DNA of 64,000 nucleotides from Piedraia hortae CBS 480.64 (Eukaryota): NCBI GenBank assembly GCA_010093745.1, contig MU005965.1, positions 186,001 to 250,000 of the forward strand, read 5' to 3'. Shown piece by piece: positions 25,300 to 36,832 of this stretch (position 1 is its first letter; each line of letters starts with the position of its first letter). The notes under the pieces were generated by a model. It saw only the letters and a program-made list of their open reading frames with translations, ran no database searches and was not told where the DNA came from. The position numbers and the translations under genes were made by a program.

Positions 25300-26600
25300 G
25301 CTAGACTGTAACGCTCACGATTTGAGGGATGATGTCGACAAGCACTGGAAGGAGTTTAAGGCTAGCGTCTGCGATACTTACAAGCAATGGGCAAATGAAA
25401 TCGCCATCTGAGAGCACGCAATGCTACAACTAGACAGGGCAACCTGCTGGACCTGAAGACGAGTCACGGGAACTTTGCGGCGTAACCATCAGCACGTGGA
25501 GCGACACTGCTTCTTCGAACACACCAGACCACAAGCTGAGGAATTCATATCATACGCCTTTGACCGTGGCTCAGGACAGTTTTCCGCCTCACCGAGCTGG
25601 TCAGGCGGCCAAGTGATTTTGCGGACTTCCTGCTACACGGGATTCTACAATGTGGTTTCGTCCTCGCGGTTAGCATCGAAAGTATTCAGAGAGCCCAGCG
25701 CCCTCGCTAGCAGGGCAGTGCTAGACCGTTTCATGGATGCCTCGTCGTTCCATGGAGTACATTCGGCTTAGATGAAGATTTTGCATCTGTTTTTGATCAA
25801 AAAGGCACTTCGACTGGCGCCGCCTGGCCTAGGGTGGCACGCACCTACGATATTTAGGGGACTGTAACTGCAATCGTATTTCTGCGGTGTCACCCATCGT
25901 CGAGAAAATAAACACTGGTGGGTGCAGTTGGCGAGACTCCTCGGGATTGTTAAGCCATTCTAGATGGCCATTGCCAATATGGGGCCAACGCGCCAAGGCT
26001 ATCCCATGTGTAGAGCAACTTTATGTGGGTGCACGAAGAAGCTACAGCGGCTAGTGCAGCCTACACAAGGCCGGGAGAGCGGGTGTGCAGAACACGTAAT
26101 TGCCAGCCACTAGAAGAGGATCGGGACGATGTCCATGTACCTCGCGGCCATTCTGAATCCGTCCCTCCCTAAAGATCGGAGACCAGCGTTGAAGCCAGTG
26201 GGGCTGCGTACTGTGATGATGGCCTGGCTAAATACGCGGTATCCAGCTGACGGACCGCAGACAGGTCTACACAGATTGACAAGAACGCCGACCGCCACGA
26301 CGCCCGGTTCACCGCCTAGGTCAATCAGTGGGAGGCAGCTCGCTGTGTACTGGGAGCCACAGCTCCTCACTCCACGGGGTGGACCAACGAGGCGCCGAAC
26401 TGGCAACAGAGACTCTACTTAGACCTGAACTGGACTTCAGATGGCAAGTTGATGAAGTTCGTCAACAACAATCACATGACAACTTCTTACGGGCGACTAC
26501 AGCTTGTAAGAGCCCCATGTCTTGGTGGAAGATGCACTACGCAAGCAAGCTCTCCGATCTTGCTCAAAAGAGCCCCGCAACCGACTCACGAATCCCAAAG
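25300..26600 (+). mobile_element. Decayed hAT transposase, same family as 28962-30466
   Basis: MYLAAILNPSLPKDRRPAL and SWWKMHYASKLSDLAQK align by eye with MLLAAILDPSLHDDRRPEL and SWWSMHYENVVSELAK in the TIR-bounded copy. Confidence 0.7.
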
Positions 26601-27264
26601 TCAAGAAGGTGGTCTACATTTATAGCAACTCTCGTACAATTTACATGTCACGGAACCATACCGCAGCCACGTGACCCGACGCCTCACCTCCAGCTCATAG
26701 CGTAGTTAGCTCTTCCGTAAGGCACAACACAGTTGTAAGGATCGCAAAATCCGTGCCGTGACAGGACATGCCCAATGCCAGCAACTATGGCCCAATACAC
26801 TGGGGTGAAGAAGAACATGAGAAGTAATATGATACTCGGCCAGCGAGTCGCCCGATCAGTCATCATAGGATGCGATAGAACTTTAACCACAGTGAGTTGA
26901 TGATCTGGCCGTCCGTCAAGTCATTCCATCTGAAAGCAGGCTGTTGGTCGGGGAAATTGACTGCACGAAAGATCGCAGCTTGAGAAATTGATGCGAGCAA
27001 ACGAAGATCCCCTGCGGTCCTCAACGTTGTTGACCTAGAACGTAGTCAGCAACTGGGATTCCTTCGAAGACTTACCAGACGCCCCAATCAAAATCTTGGA
27101 GCCAGACCCAACGACGATTACCAAACCGTGTACACCCACACACCATTCGTGTGCAGAGAGACAACTCGCAATATGTCAACTGCCCCATCGTCTCCTCGCT
27201 CCTCCTCGGATAATAGCTTTCATCAACGGCCTTCTACCCGTGCTACGACTCGGTCGCCGCTTCT

Positions 27265-27751
27265 GTGGTACCAAGGAAAAAAGCACATACTGACAAACCC
27301 AAGATTGTCTCCGAACCCAACCTACCAGAGCAGAACCTACCGGCGCTTAGAACAGGCCACGGAGACTTCGCGGAATACCGCCGCCGTTTCCACCACGAAG
27401 ACGCAGCTCTTAGCTGCACCTGGGGCTGGCCAAAACCCCCAGAACACTTGGTGCACTGCCCGCTCGCCATTAGGCGATGGCGGCTGTGTCCCTGGTTCTG
27501 GCGCGGGCCCAGGATGGTACTAGACTACCAAGGGAGGAAAAGATATCTTGCCGACTTGTCAAAAGGCACGAGCATTTCGCCGCGTTTTTGCAGAACACCG
27601 ATTTTCAACGGGAGACCTGCCCTGCGGGGCTGGAGATGCTGGATGGGTATGTAGGAACCATAAATAGCCCTAGTCTAGCACGCTCATATGCCTCTGCGAG
27701 GCTGCAGCCATCCTTAGCGGTCGAGCTGCCCGGCGTAAAATAAAAACAAAC
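27265..27751 (+). mobile_element. 3' end of a Tad1-clade LINE
   Basis: LRTGHGDFAEYRRRFHHEDAALSCTWGWPKPPEHLVHCP...YLADL followed by the 3' motif ending GGCGTAAAATAAAAACAAAC. Confidence 0.85.
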
Positions 27752-27849
27752 ATATCAGAACAGGACTAGATATCCTAGCACCGCCAGACAAGGCCAATTT
27801 CAGCCCCAGGACCCCACTCGTTTCCCCACACTTCTAAATTGCCAGATAG

Positions 27850-28400
27850 GCCTCTCAGACCCAGTCTCGTGGGCGTCCAAAGCCTATTGGGAGAATATGA
27901 TGGCCAAACTGGACGAATACCTCGTCATCATGCGCAGGAAGTCAGATCTATTCGTGGCGGCACTTCTGGACCCAACTGACCGCCTCGAAGCTCTTTAGAA
28001 TGCGAGCCTTCAGGCGCCGACGAAAGCTACAACAGGAACGAACGGCGACGACGGCGAAAATATCCTGACGGCCGTTATCAGGCGGAAACACTACTTCCGT
28101 CACGTGGATAACACAAACAACCCGGCCGACTTCCTTAAAACAGCGTCGGCATTGCTGGAGACGGATTTGCTTCGTGGCGGGAATACGGTGCTCGGCGCTA
28201 CCCAACCTTGAGGAAGCCAGCGCTCGACTTCCTGGTTATCAATGCCACCAGTACCCCTGCCGACCGGCCGGTTTGGTTGGGAGGGGCATCGCATCGTGAC
28301 AGCGTGGCTTGTTGAAGGGGGAGCCACTGACGATGCTCATGGTGTTGAGGTCGTGGGCTAAAAACGAGTTAACTGATGTTGGTAAAGTTGAGTGGGAGAA
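27850..28400 (+). mobile_element. Decayed hAT transposase C-terminal fragment
   Basis: KLDEYLVIMRRKSDLFVAALLDP, ALDFLVINATSTPADR and MLMVLRSW. Confidence 0.7.
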
Positions 28401-28961
28401 GGTGCCAGAGGTGACGAGGCTTGTTATGTAAAAGGTCGGTGGTTGTATCATATCAGATTCCGGGTTTCTAAATTTCTGTATAGATTGCCGGAAATGAGAT
28501 CAAGAAAATCAGCGACGCAACCATTTTGTCATATCGATTAATATTCTGTCATTGCTCCTCGTTGGAAAGTAAGATAAGGGAGCGAATGGATTATGTCATA
28601 GCGAGGCCACAAATAGCTCTCGCTTCGCGGAGAAGCATCGTAGCGTAGCTTCCCTATGAATGCCTCTCAGAAAAGGATATAAGGCTGAGTAGGTCACAAG
28701 CAATTATGCCCTTCGGGACGCTGCTGTGTCCTTCGGGATGCACTATCATGAGAAGAGAATGATACAAACAGATCTTAAGATATGTATATGTAAATATGGC
28801 ACGTTAGATCTGGGGAAGTTGTTTCTTCTATGTCGCTGATGAGTGCTGGACGGATCGGTGGCGTCAAAATGACTTAGCTTAGTCTAGTCCAGTTTGGATC
28901 ATCCGATCACACGCGACGCTACAGATGGCGTGTATATATGTCTAGTCTACTGTATACCGCA

Positions 28962-30466
28962 TAGGGATCAGAAATTGCAAGCAATTGTTGCTCGGCCGAG
29001 GAAATCCCGGATGCAATTGTTGCACGCGGAATTGCTCCGCGATTTGGGGGCAGTGGTAACGGCAACTCCCGAACGCCACGGGAGGATCCCTAGTCAACCT
29101 CATCAACCATCATCACGTTTGAAATATTTTCACTTGTAGCTGCTCAATACTAAATGGTCCGAGATTCGTGAAGGTGCATCGAAAGTACTCTCTAGACAAG
29201 TGTTCCACGCACTGCACCTGCACTTGCACCCATGCAGCCTTTCGTAAACATGGAGCTAGCCAAGTATCTCCGCTCCCATCATTTACCACCGGCCGAGCTG
29301 AAGGCTATGCAGCTGTTGGAGCTCGAGAGGGAGGTGAGCTTAAGCTCGCCGGTCAAAACCAGATGGTAGTCAAACAATAACTGCTTAGACTCATTGCTCG
29401 CGTCTAAGGAAGCACTCAAACAGGTTGTGAGAGTGTCGATAATCAAGGCCGGCCTTCAGCAGTTGTCGGAAGTGGTCAAGCTTGCTCTACAGGCCATAAT
29501 CAGCTTGGAGAGCGACGAGCCCAGGTTGTGTCACGTCTATGGCCACTTTCGCAGGGTAAGCCAAGCTGCCCGGCGGAGGTGTGTAGACCCAGTCGCACAG
29601 GAGGCCGTGGAGAAAGTTATTGCAAAGCGCTGGAACAAAATCCAGTCAGTTCCTATGCTTTTGGCCGCGATTTTGGATCCTTCTTTGCATGACGATCGAC
29701 GTCCTGAATTGACACCCTCGCTGAGCCTCGCCATCAGGAATTGGCTGTACCAAAGATACGAAGACCCGAAGGCAAAAAACTTTGACAAGCAAATCGTTGA
29801 GTTTCATGAAAGGCAAGGCCCTTACGCCGACAAAGCCATTTGGCCACGAGGGCTACTGGCCTCGATAGTTGGTGGTCTATGCACTATGAGAACGTGGTGT
29901 CGGAATTGGCGAAAGAGCTCTCTCGATTGCCCTCACATCAAGTGCCTCCGAACGAAACTGGTCCACGATCGGGTACATTCATAGCAAGCTGCGCAATCGC
30001 CTGCTGAATGAAATTGCGGAGATGCTTGTGACTAATTATTGTGATACTCACGCAGTCAAGAAGGCACGGAGATCTGGTCGAGTATCGGGGCCCACGACGT
30101 CGGATTCTCAACAAGGCCCGGATGAAGGAAAAAGCCAGTAACAATCCCCGAAATTGAAGATGTGGATGGCGAGGTCTTCCATGATGATGAGGAAGACAAC
30201 GAAGAGGACATTGAAGAGAGTCTGGTTACGGAGCAGATTTAGGCCGTGTTTACAGATGTGGAAAAGGATGATGGCACCGGATGGAGCCTCTTTTAGATAT
30301 CTTCTCCTATTAAGGTGCTGGTCATCTGGTGAATGATTGTCTTTTTGGCTGGAGATCCACCGATAATTCATGTTTCGGAGTTGCCGTTACCACTGCCCCT
30401 TGAGGTCCCCCCAAATCGCGAAGCAATTTCGCGTGCAAACAATTGCATGCAATTCCCCGATCCCTA
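28962..30466 (+). mobile_element. Internally deleted hAT element with long terminal inverted repeats
   Basis: Ends are TAGGGATC...GATCCCTA with roughly 100 bp of interrupted inverted homology (e.g. GGGGCAGTGGTAACGGCAACTCC). Flanks ATACCGCA and ATACCCAA match at 6/8, a degenerate 8-bp TSD. Internal AAILDP and SSASERNWSTIGYIHSKLRNRL motifs. Confidence 0.9.
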
Positions 30467-31166
30467 ATACCCAACCTTCGATGTTCGAGCGCAGAGTTTT
30501 GATAATCTACGTGATGCTCAATTCTAAGTCGCACGAATCATTTTTAGCATCCATGAGATTGAATAAGACACGGCAAAAACATCTCACGATTGCTTCGTAC
30601 TTTTACTTCTTACGATTGCGCTTTCAGATATAGCCATACAAATGCTCGCGAAATTTGTGTAGAAATGCAACAGAATGATTAGTTGTACCTGGTTTTGGAC
30701 GACATGGAAGGACCGGCGATACTACATTCCAGCTTTAGTTCGAAAGATGGGAATGGCTGTCACCACTCCATTGATGAAACTGCCGACATGGGATTGCAGA
30801 GACAGGTTACATGCACTCCAAAGTGGTCGGATCAACTTGTGAAGGAGCCACGTTTTAGGCAAGGTCAGGCGTCAACAGTGCGCCGCGCACCCGATCTGCC
30901 AGGCCGGTTGAAAAGTGTCTCATGTGCTTGTTGTACTAAAGGGCCGAGTTGCATTTAGGGGCGCTGTGACCCACCACCTTTCGGGCTATTCGGGCCTTTT
31001 TTCAATGAGCACTCAATATCACCCGCCACCACCTCCCCTCATAAACCTTGGACCTGCAGAAGGTCAACGTCAGCATGCACGATGATTATAATGCCCGGAA
31101 GCTTACGTCATTCGATTGTTCACGTTTAAGGGCTTTTTTTCTCTCCAAGATTGAACCACACTGAAC

Positions 31167-32092
31167 ATGGCTGAACAATCTCGCGTAGCCGTCGTTACTG
31201 GCGGGAATAGGGGTCTAGGTCTTGCCATTGGTACAGTCATCTTTCATCACTATCCGTCGAAGCATACTAACAATCCACAGTCCGCAACTTGGCATTGCAA
31301 TACCCCTCTTCACCGTTCAATTCGGGGCCTCTCTTCATCTACCTCACCGCACGCAACGCTAAGAAGGGAACGGAAGCAGTCAATACCCTACTAAACGATC
31401 CTTAGCTAAAAAAGGCAAAAGCCCTCTCCCAGGATGGCGGCCGAACAACCATGAAGTTTCACGTCCTGGACATTGACGACAAGAAGAGCATCCAAGCCCT
31501 GGCCGCGTTTCTGCATAAAGAACACCCCAAGGGTATCGATTTCGTCATCAACAACGCCGGCATTATGCCGGATGGTTACAACTTGAAGCTTGTCACCCAA
31601 ACCATCGATACGATTTATTACAGTACCTTGGAAGCCACTCGTGATTTGCTACCTCTTATCCGAGACGGTGGGAGACTCTGCAATGTTTCCAGCACTGCTG
31701 GGACGCTGTACAACTATGGTAATGATGTTCGTCAGAAATTCATCGGGGCCGCAAAGACAAGCGTTGATGCCGTGAGCGCTTTGATGGAGAAATATAAAAA
31801 GTGTGTTGCAGAAGGTACGGAGGAGGCAAACGGCTTCCCGAGACAACCCTACTCTGTCAGCAAGGCCGGCGCGACTGCAATGACGAAAGTAATTGCGTTG
31901 GAGGAGGCTAAACGGAAGCGCGGCGTCCTGATAAACGCTTGCTGTCCGGGCTATGTCAATACGGACATGACAAAGCATTTCGGTACGAAGACTCCGGATG
32001 AGGGCGCACAAACTCCTGTTATGCTGGTTTTGCAGGATATTGGTGGGACGACTGGGGAATTTTGGAGGGAGGAGAGGGTTTGGGAATGGTAG
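31167..32092 (+). pseudogene. Carbonyl-reductase-type SDR, copy 1, with an in-frame TAG at codon 63 (exons 31167-31230, 31281-32092)
   Basis: TGGNRGLG, NNAG, YSVSK and CCPGYVNTDM motifs; 50-nt intron. TAG at 31403-31405 where the paralog has CAG. Confidence 0.8.
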
Positions 32093-32547
32093 ATTAATTG
32101 TGAAATGAAAAGATGATTGGATGGTTTCTTTGACGAGTTTCCTGAGGATGGTGACACTGGGCCTGATGTGTAAGTACTGTAGGGCTGGGTAACTGTCAGA
32201 TCGAGCTGGGGCTGAATACTCCCTTCTGGGCTGGTGATGGTGACTCGGGGAACATGGTCCACCAAAACAACAGTAACTTGAATAAATTGAACGCCATGAT
32301 GACGAAGGCCTTGGTAGGCGGTTTCAATGGTTTCTCAGTCGTCCCACGGTCGGCCCTCAATTGCGTCCTGGCAAGTTTCCCGGGGCTAACATCTCTCAGA
32401 TGAAGCGTCACCAATCCCAGAGCCCCACTTTGCTACTTCCATCCTGGGAGATCGGCGGGGCATGTTGGAGAATGACGACATTGATTACGGCATTCGATCG
32501 CCCAAGCTCTGGACTTCTTTCTACTTCACATTTGAACCACACCGAAC

Positions 32548-33463
32548 ATGTCTCGCGTAGCCGCTGTTACCGGTGGGAATAGAGGTATTGGCTTTGCCAT
32601 TGGTACAGCCATTCGTTTCAATATGTTCCTCGTAAGACTGACGGTCCCCAGTGCGCAACCTGGCATTACAATACCCTTCCTCACCCTATAATTCAGGGCC
32701 TCTACTCATTTACCTAACCGCCCGCAACGCTGAAAGGGGAACAGAAGCAGTTAAGGCCCTCGCCAATGATCCTCAGCTGAAGCAGGCCAAGGCCCTCTCC
32801 CAAGACGGCGGCCAGACCACGATCAAATTTCACGAGCTGGACATTGACGACAAGAACAGCATCCATACCTTCGCATCCTTCTTGCACAGAGAACATCCCG
32901 AGGGCATCGATTTCGTCATCAACAACGCTGGCATCGCGATGGAGGGTTACAACATGAACGTTGTTACCAAAACCCTCAACACGAATTATTACGGCACCTT
33001 GGAGGCCACGCAGGCCCTCCTGCCTCTTGTCCGAGACGGTGGAAGGCTTTGTAACGTCTCCAGTATCGCTGGAAAGTTGTCCAAGTACTCCGATGATATT
33101 CGTCAGGAATTCATCGATGCGGCACAATCAAATGTTGAGGCAGTGACTGCTTTGATGGAGAAGTATACACAATGTGTTGCAGACGGTACGGAGGAAGCCA
33201 ATGGCTTCCCGAAACGGGCGTACGCCGTTAGCAAGGCTGGCATTACTGCTATGACGAAAGCCATTGCTTTGGAAGAGGGTAAGCGGAAGCGGGGCGTCCT
33301 CATAAACGTCTGCTGTCCGGGCTACGTCAACACGAACATGACGAAAGAGAACGGGGCGAAAACGCCGGATGAAGGTGCAATTACCCCCGTCATGCTTGTT
33401 TTGCAGGAAATTGGCGGGACAACTTGGGAGTTTTGGAGTGATGAGAGGGTTTCGGAGTGGTAG
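32548..33463 (+). CDS. Carbonyl-reductase-type SDR, copy 2, intact (exons 32548-32602, 32652-33463)
   Basis: TGGNRGIG, INNAGI, TNYYG, NVSS, YAVSK and CCPGYVNT. A 49-nt intron at the same position as in copy 1; 288 aa. Confidence 0.92.
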
Positions 33464-34375
33464 ATCGTGTCATGTTATGATGATGAAATGAGGAATTCCT
33501 GAAGAGTTTCGCATGATGCCCTGTGAGTCTAACATTTCGGCGGCGCTGTGGGTTTGGATAATCGTCAGACCATCAATGACCATCGATTTGCATTAAGCAA
33601 CCCGACTGCTTTATGATAAGGTTTTGCCTAGTGGGAAGGTTTACATGCTATCGTATCAAAGTTGAGCTTGGTGAAAGTTTGCTTAAACTTCTTCACATTT
33701 CCATCGGTTACTGATACCAGCTCTCCTACTATTTCTTTTTGCTGCATACAGAGGAATGCGTTGGCGATGTCGTGTGGACGAACCTATGCAAGCCAGGTGG
33801 CCTCTTCCTCGAGCACTTATCTCTCAGTGCCTGGTTACACTGGTTAATGGCTTTCTAAAGGGGCACAGTATTGGTACCGAAACACAGATACCCAAAATTC
33901 GTTGATCGAAAAAGCAGGTTTCTTGGATGTGACGGTACGATCTTGCCGATTCGTCAGTCTATTTCCAGACACCAGTGCATCACTTGGCTAGCTTACTGTC
34001 CAGTCGTGTTTGCTTTTTCTCAACATCGCCTACATTCTACATACGCGAAGGTGAGGGGTTATTCCTTCGGACACACTTTCGAGGACAGCGGAGGGAGCTT
34101 GGCACAGATACCAAAAAGCAATGTATACATATTGTGAATCCTCCGTCAGCCTGACACCCCGGCCTCCACGTATTCAGCTCGCATTTCGTACACAGCTGCA
34201 CGTCCATTCCAGCTCGTATTCTTATACGATGAAAGTTCACATCTCAATTTCTATAAGAAACCACCCTCCTGCTCCTCAATTTCACTACTCACCAGCATCG
34301 AAACACCCCAAGGAGCCACAACCAGCATTGCGATAGCTAAATCACCCATACCACTATCTAACTTGACAATCAAAA

Positions 34376-34810
34376 ATGTTCACCCAGCTTCTCAGTGTCA
34401 TTGCCCTCGCTGGGGCAGCCATGGCTGCCCCAGCCCCGGTTGCAGCTTCAGAACTCGCAGAGTCGGCCGCCTTAGTCCCAGGCCTCAGCACCTCAGCAAC
34501 CTACTATGACCAGACGGCGGAAGGCACTTGCGGACACGAGATTGGGACGGTGCGACTTCGTGGCGGGTACTGCTATGCTTTGCACACGCAGGGTATCAAG
34601 CTTGACGCTTTGCCTGACCATGATTGCGTCTTTACCATCTACCACAACACGGATCACTGCGAAACGATCGAGGGGAAGACGTGGACCGAGGAGTGGCAGG
34701 TCAACAGGAAGACAGACCAGAACCAGGGCACGTGCGCTTACACTAGTTTGGATAATGGGCCCTTGACTCAAGTTAATGCTGTTAGTGGCGTGTGGTGGTG
34801 TAAGAACTAG
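34376..34810 (+). CDS. Small secreted cysteine-containing protein (effector-like)
   Basis: 144 aa, signal peptide MFTQLLSVIALAGAAMA-AP, six Cys, good start context (CAAAAATG) and a TATA-like TATAAG about 120 bp upstream. Confidence 0.85.
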   Translation: MFTQLLSVIALAGAAMAAPAPVAASELAESAALVPGLSTSATYYDQTAEGTCGHEIGTVRLRGGYCYALHTQGIKLDALPDHDCVFTIYHNTDHCETIEGKTWTEEWQVNRKTDQNQGTCAYTSLDNGPLTQVNAVSGVWWCKN

Positions 34811-34998
34811 GGCGCAGTAGCGTATTGATTGTGGAAGAGGCATGTGTAGAGGGCAATCACTTGGACGTACGAGTAGGCAGTAGCGTACCGGTCATACATC
34901 CTTATCCCATCAAACTCTGACCGTAAACCCTCTTGGCACAGACATCATCTCCTTAAAAACCCTACTCACAACAAAGATATACCCCCCACCCTCAATGC

Positions 34999-36483
34999 CT
35001 AAAACCCAATCTGCCACCTCAACCTCGCCGCAAGACCGGATCTACCAGCCGCGGGGCCTGACGGCTTCCTCAGACCGTCCCTCTCCATCTCAACATCCAC
35101 CCATCTCCTCCTTTTTTCCACCTGCGCCTGCTGCCTCGTCCGGAAAGCCTGCACCCGCGCCTCGCACTTCCCATTTAAACTCGGCATCGCCCTCCAAAAG
35201 GCCACAGGACGATCACACGAGGCTTTGCGACCAGTCGACTGCTCCAGCAGAAGATCAACCCTCCGGACAGGCGGACGCGGCAGATTATTTACCCCAGAAC
35301 TCCCGCCGTCAGGCGAGGTCCACACCCACCCAACCCGCTCCTCCCGATCTTGCGAAGCAGGCAATCTAAACCTCGTCGGCCCTCTAGTCTTAACCCGACA
35401 GGCGCGGTTATAAAGTTGAGTATATTTCATCTCAAGCTCCTCCTCCCTTGCAGCTTTTACTTCGGCTGTTATACCCGAGCGAGTGAGTCTCTTGGCCTCC
35501 AGCCTGGCTTGTACTTCGTTGAGTCGATTGTTTAAGATTTCGTCGACGGCTGCTTGGCGTGCTTGCTCTCGTTGGAGGATTTCGGCTTGTTCGCGACGAA
35601 GGGCTTCTTCTCTCCGTTCGCGGAGGAGGGCTTCTTCTCGTTGGGCCCGCTGGCGGAGGAGGGCTTTGCGGCGGGCGGATTCCGTCTCCCTGGCGAGTCT
35701 TTCGCGGGTGGCGTTTTCCCTTCTGGCTTGCTCTCGCGCTTGGCGGGCTTCAGCCTGCCTACCCTCCGCAAGCCTCGCTTCTGCCTCACTAATCTCCCCC
35801 TCCAACCGTTCCTTCTCCCGTCGAAGTTCCTCCTGCGTAGGCACCTCCTGTCGAGTTCGAACCCCACCCTGCCCATTCAATATCCGTTGCGCCTGATTGA
35901 GAACTTCGCGCTCATATATACTCCCCTTCGAAGGCCCAGCATCCTCCGAGGGAGATCCAGCATCACCCGAAGGGTGCCCGGTAGCCTCCACCTCTGCTGG
36001 ACTCGGAGCGTGCAAAGCCTCCAACTTCTCCTCCTCCCGTTTCAAAGCTATAATCAGCCGATCGACTTGTTCAGGATCCATATACTTCGCTTTTTCCTCT
36101 AGTTCCGCGAACTTCACAGCTGCGTATTGCTCCAGTTCGGCTTTGCTCAGGCCTGGGGGTGCTCGGAGGCTGAATTCGTCGCTGTCGTCTGGGCCTTTTT
36201 CACTGGTTGGGTTGGGGGGTTGGGGGTTGGGGGTTGGGGGCGGTGCGGGAGGGTTTTCTTGGGGGGAAGAGGAGGAGGGTTCTTTGTCGGTATACCCTTC
36301 CTCTTCGTAGGGCTGTTCGTAGTCGTCGCCGTCGTTATATTCCTCCTCATCATCGTATTCCCCTTCCTCGCTGTCATGATCATCCACTTCGTGATGGTTA
36401 TCTCCATCTATATCATCCCTCCCATTCTCCTGGAGAGTTCCAATCCATTCCCTAATTTCACCAGGCTGTCGCTGTGGAGTCAT
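34999..36483 (-). CDS. Orphan acidic/Pro-rich and coiled-coil protein
   Basis: 494-aa ORF with a D/E/Y-rich N-terminus, a Pro-rich linker and a long E/R/A coiled coil. No family recognised. Confidence 0.6.
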   Translation of the reverse strand: MTPQRQPGEIREWIGTLQENGRDDIDGDNHHEVDDHDSEEGEYDDEEEYNDGDDYEQPYEEEGYTDKEPSSSSPQENPPAPPPTPNPQPPNPTSEKGPDDSDEFSLRAPPGLSKAELEQYAAVKFAELEEKAKYMDPEQVDRLIIALKREEEKLEALHAPSPAEVEATGHPSGDAGSPSEDAGPSKGSIYEREVLNQAQRILNGQGGVRTRQEVPTQEELRREKERLEGEISEAEARLAEGRQAEARQAREQARRENATRERLARETESARRKALLRQRAQREEALLRERREEALRREQAEILQREQARQAAVDEILNNRLNEVQARLEAKRLTRSGITAEVKAAREEELEMKYTQLYNRACRVKTRGPTRFRLPASQDREERVGWVWTSPDGGSSGVNNLPRPPVRRVDLLLEQSTGRKASCDRPVAFWRAMPSLNGKCEARVQAFRTRQQAQVEKRRRWVDVEMERDGLRKPSGPAAGRSGLAARLRWQIGF

Positions 36484-36832
36484 TGCCTCGTCTTGCTTCG
36501 AATTTGTTTGTTCGCTTTAACGCACAAAGAAACGACAAAAGACAAGGAAGCAAATGTGGGAGGCTCGTAGCAAAAAGCAAGACAAAATGACAAAGGGATG
36601 AAGAGAACAAAGTCAACCCAAGCAAAGTCAAAAAAGTTCACGTTCACTGCGTCATGTTCTTTAACCCTGGGTAAAAGAAAATCATCCAGAGGTTTTGGCT
36701 ATGTGGGGTGTGTTGTGATTTTCTCACGGAAGTTGATTGTAAAACAGCGGGGTAGAGGAAATTTGTGAGGATAAAGTTCGCGTGCCTTCCTAATGTGGAA
36801 ATTTGTTCATTTACCGTGGGGAAATCCCCAAA

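Noticed and set aside
28540..28600. HDV-like ribozyme candidate (TCCTCG ... GCGAATGG)
   Set aside because: I could not build the P1, P2 and P3 pairings of the nested double pseudoknot.
31403..31405. A-to-I editing of the SDR TAG to TGG
   Set aside because: The paralog has Gln, not Trp, at this site, and such stop-correcting editing is best established in Sordariomycetes; kept only as a check.
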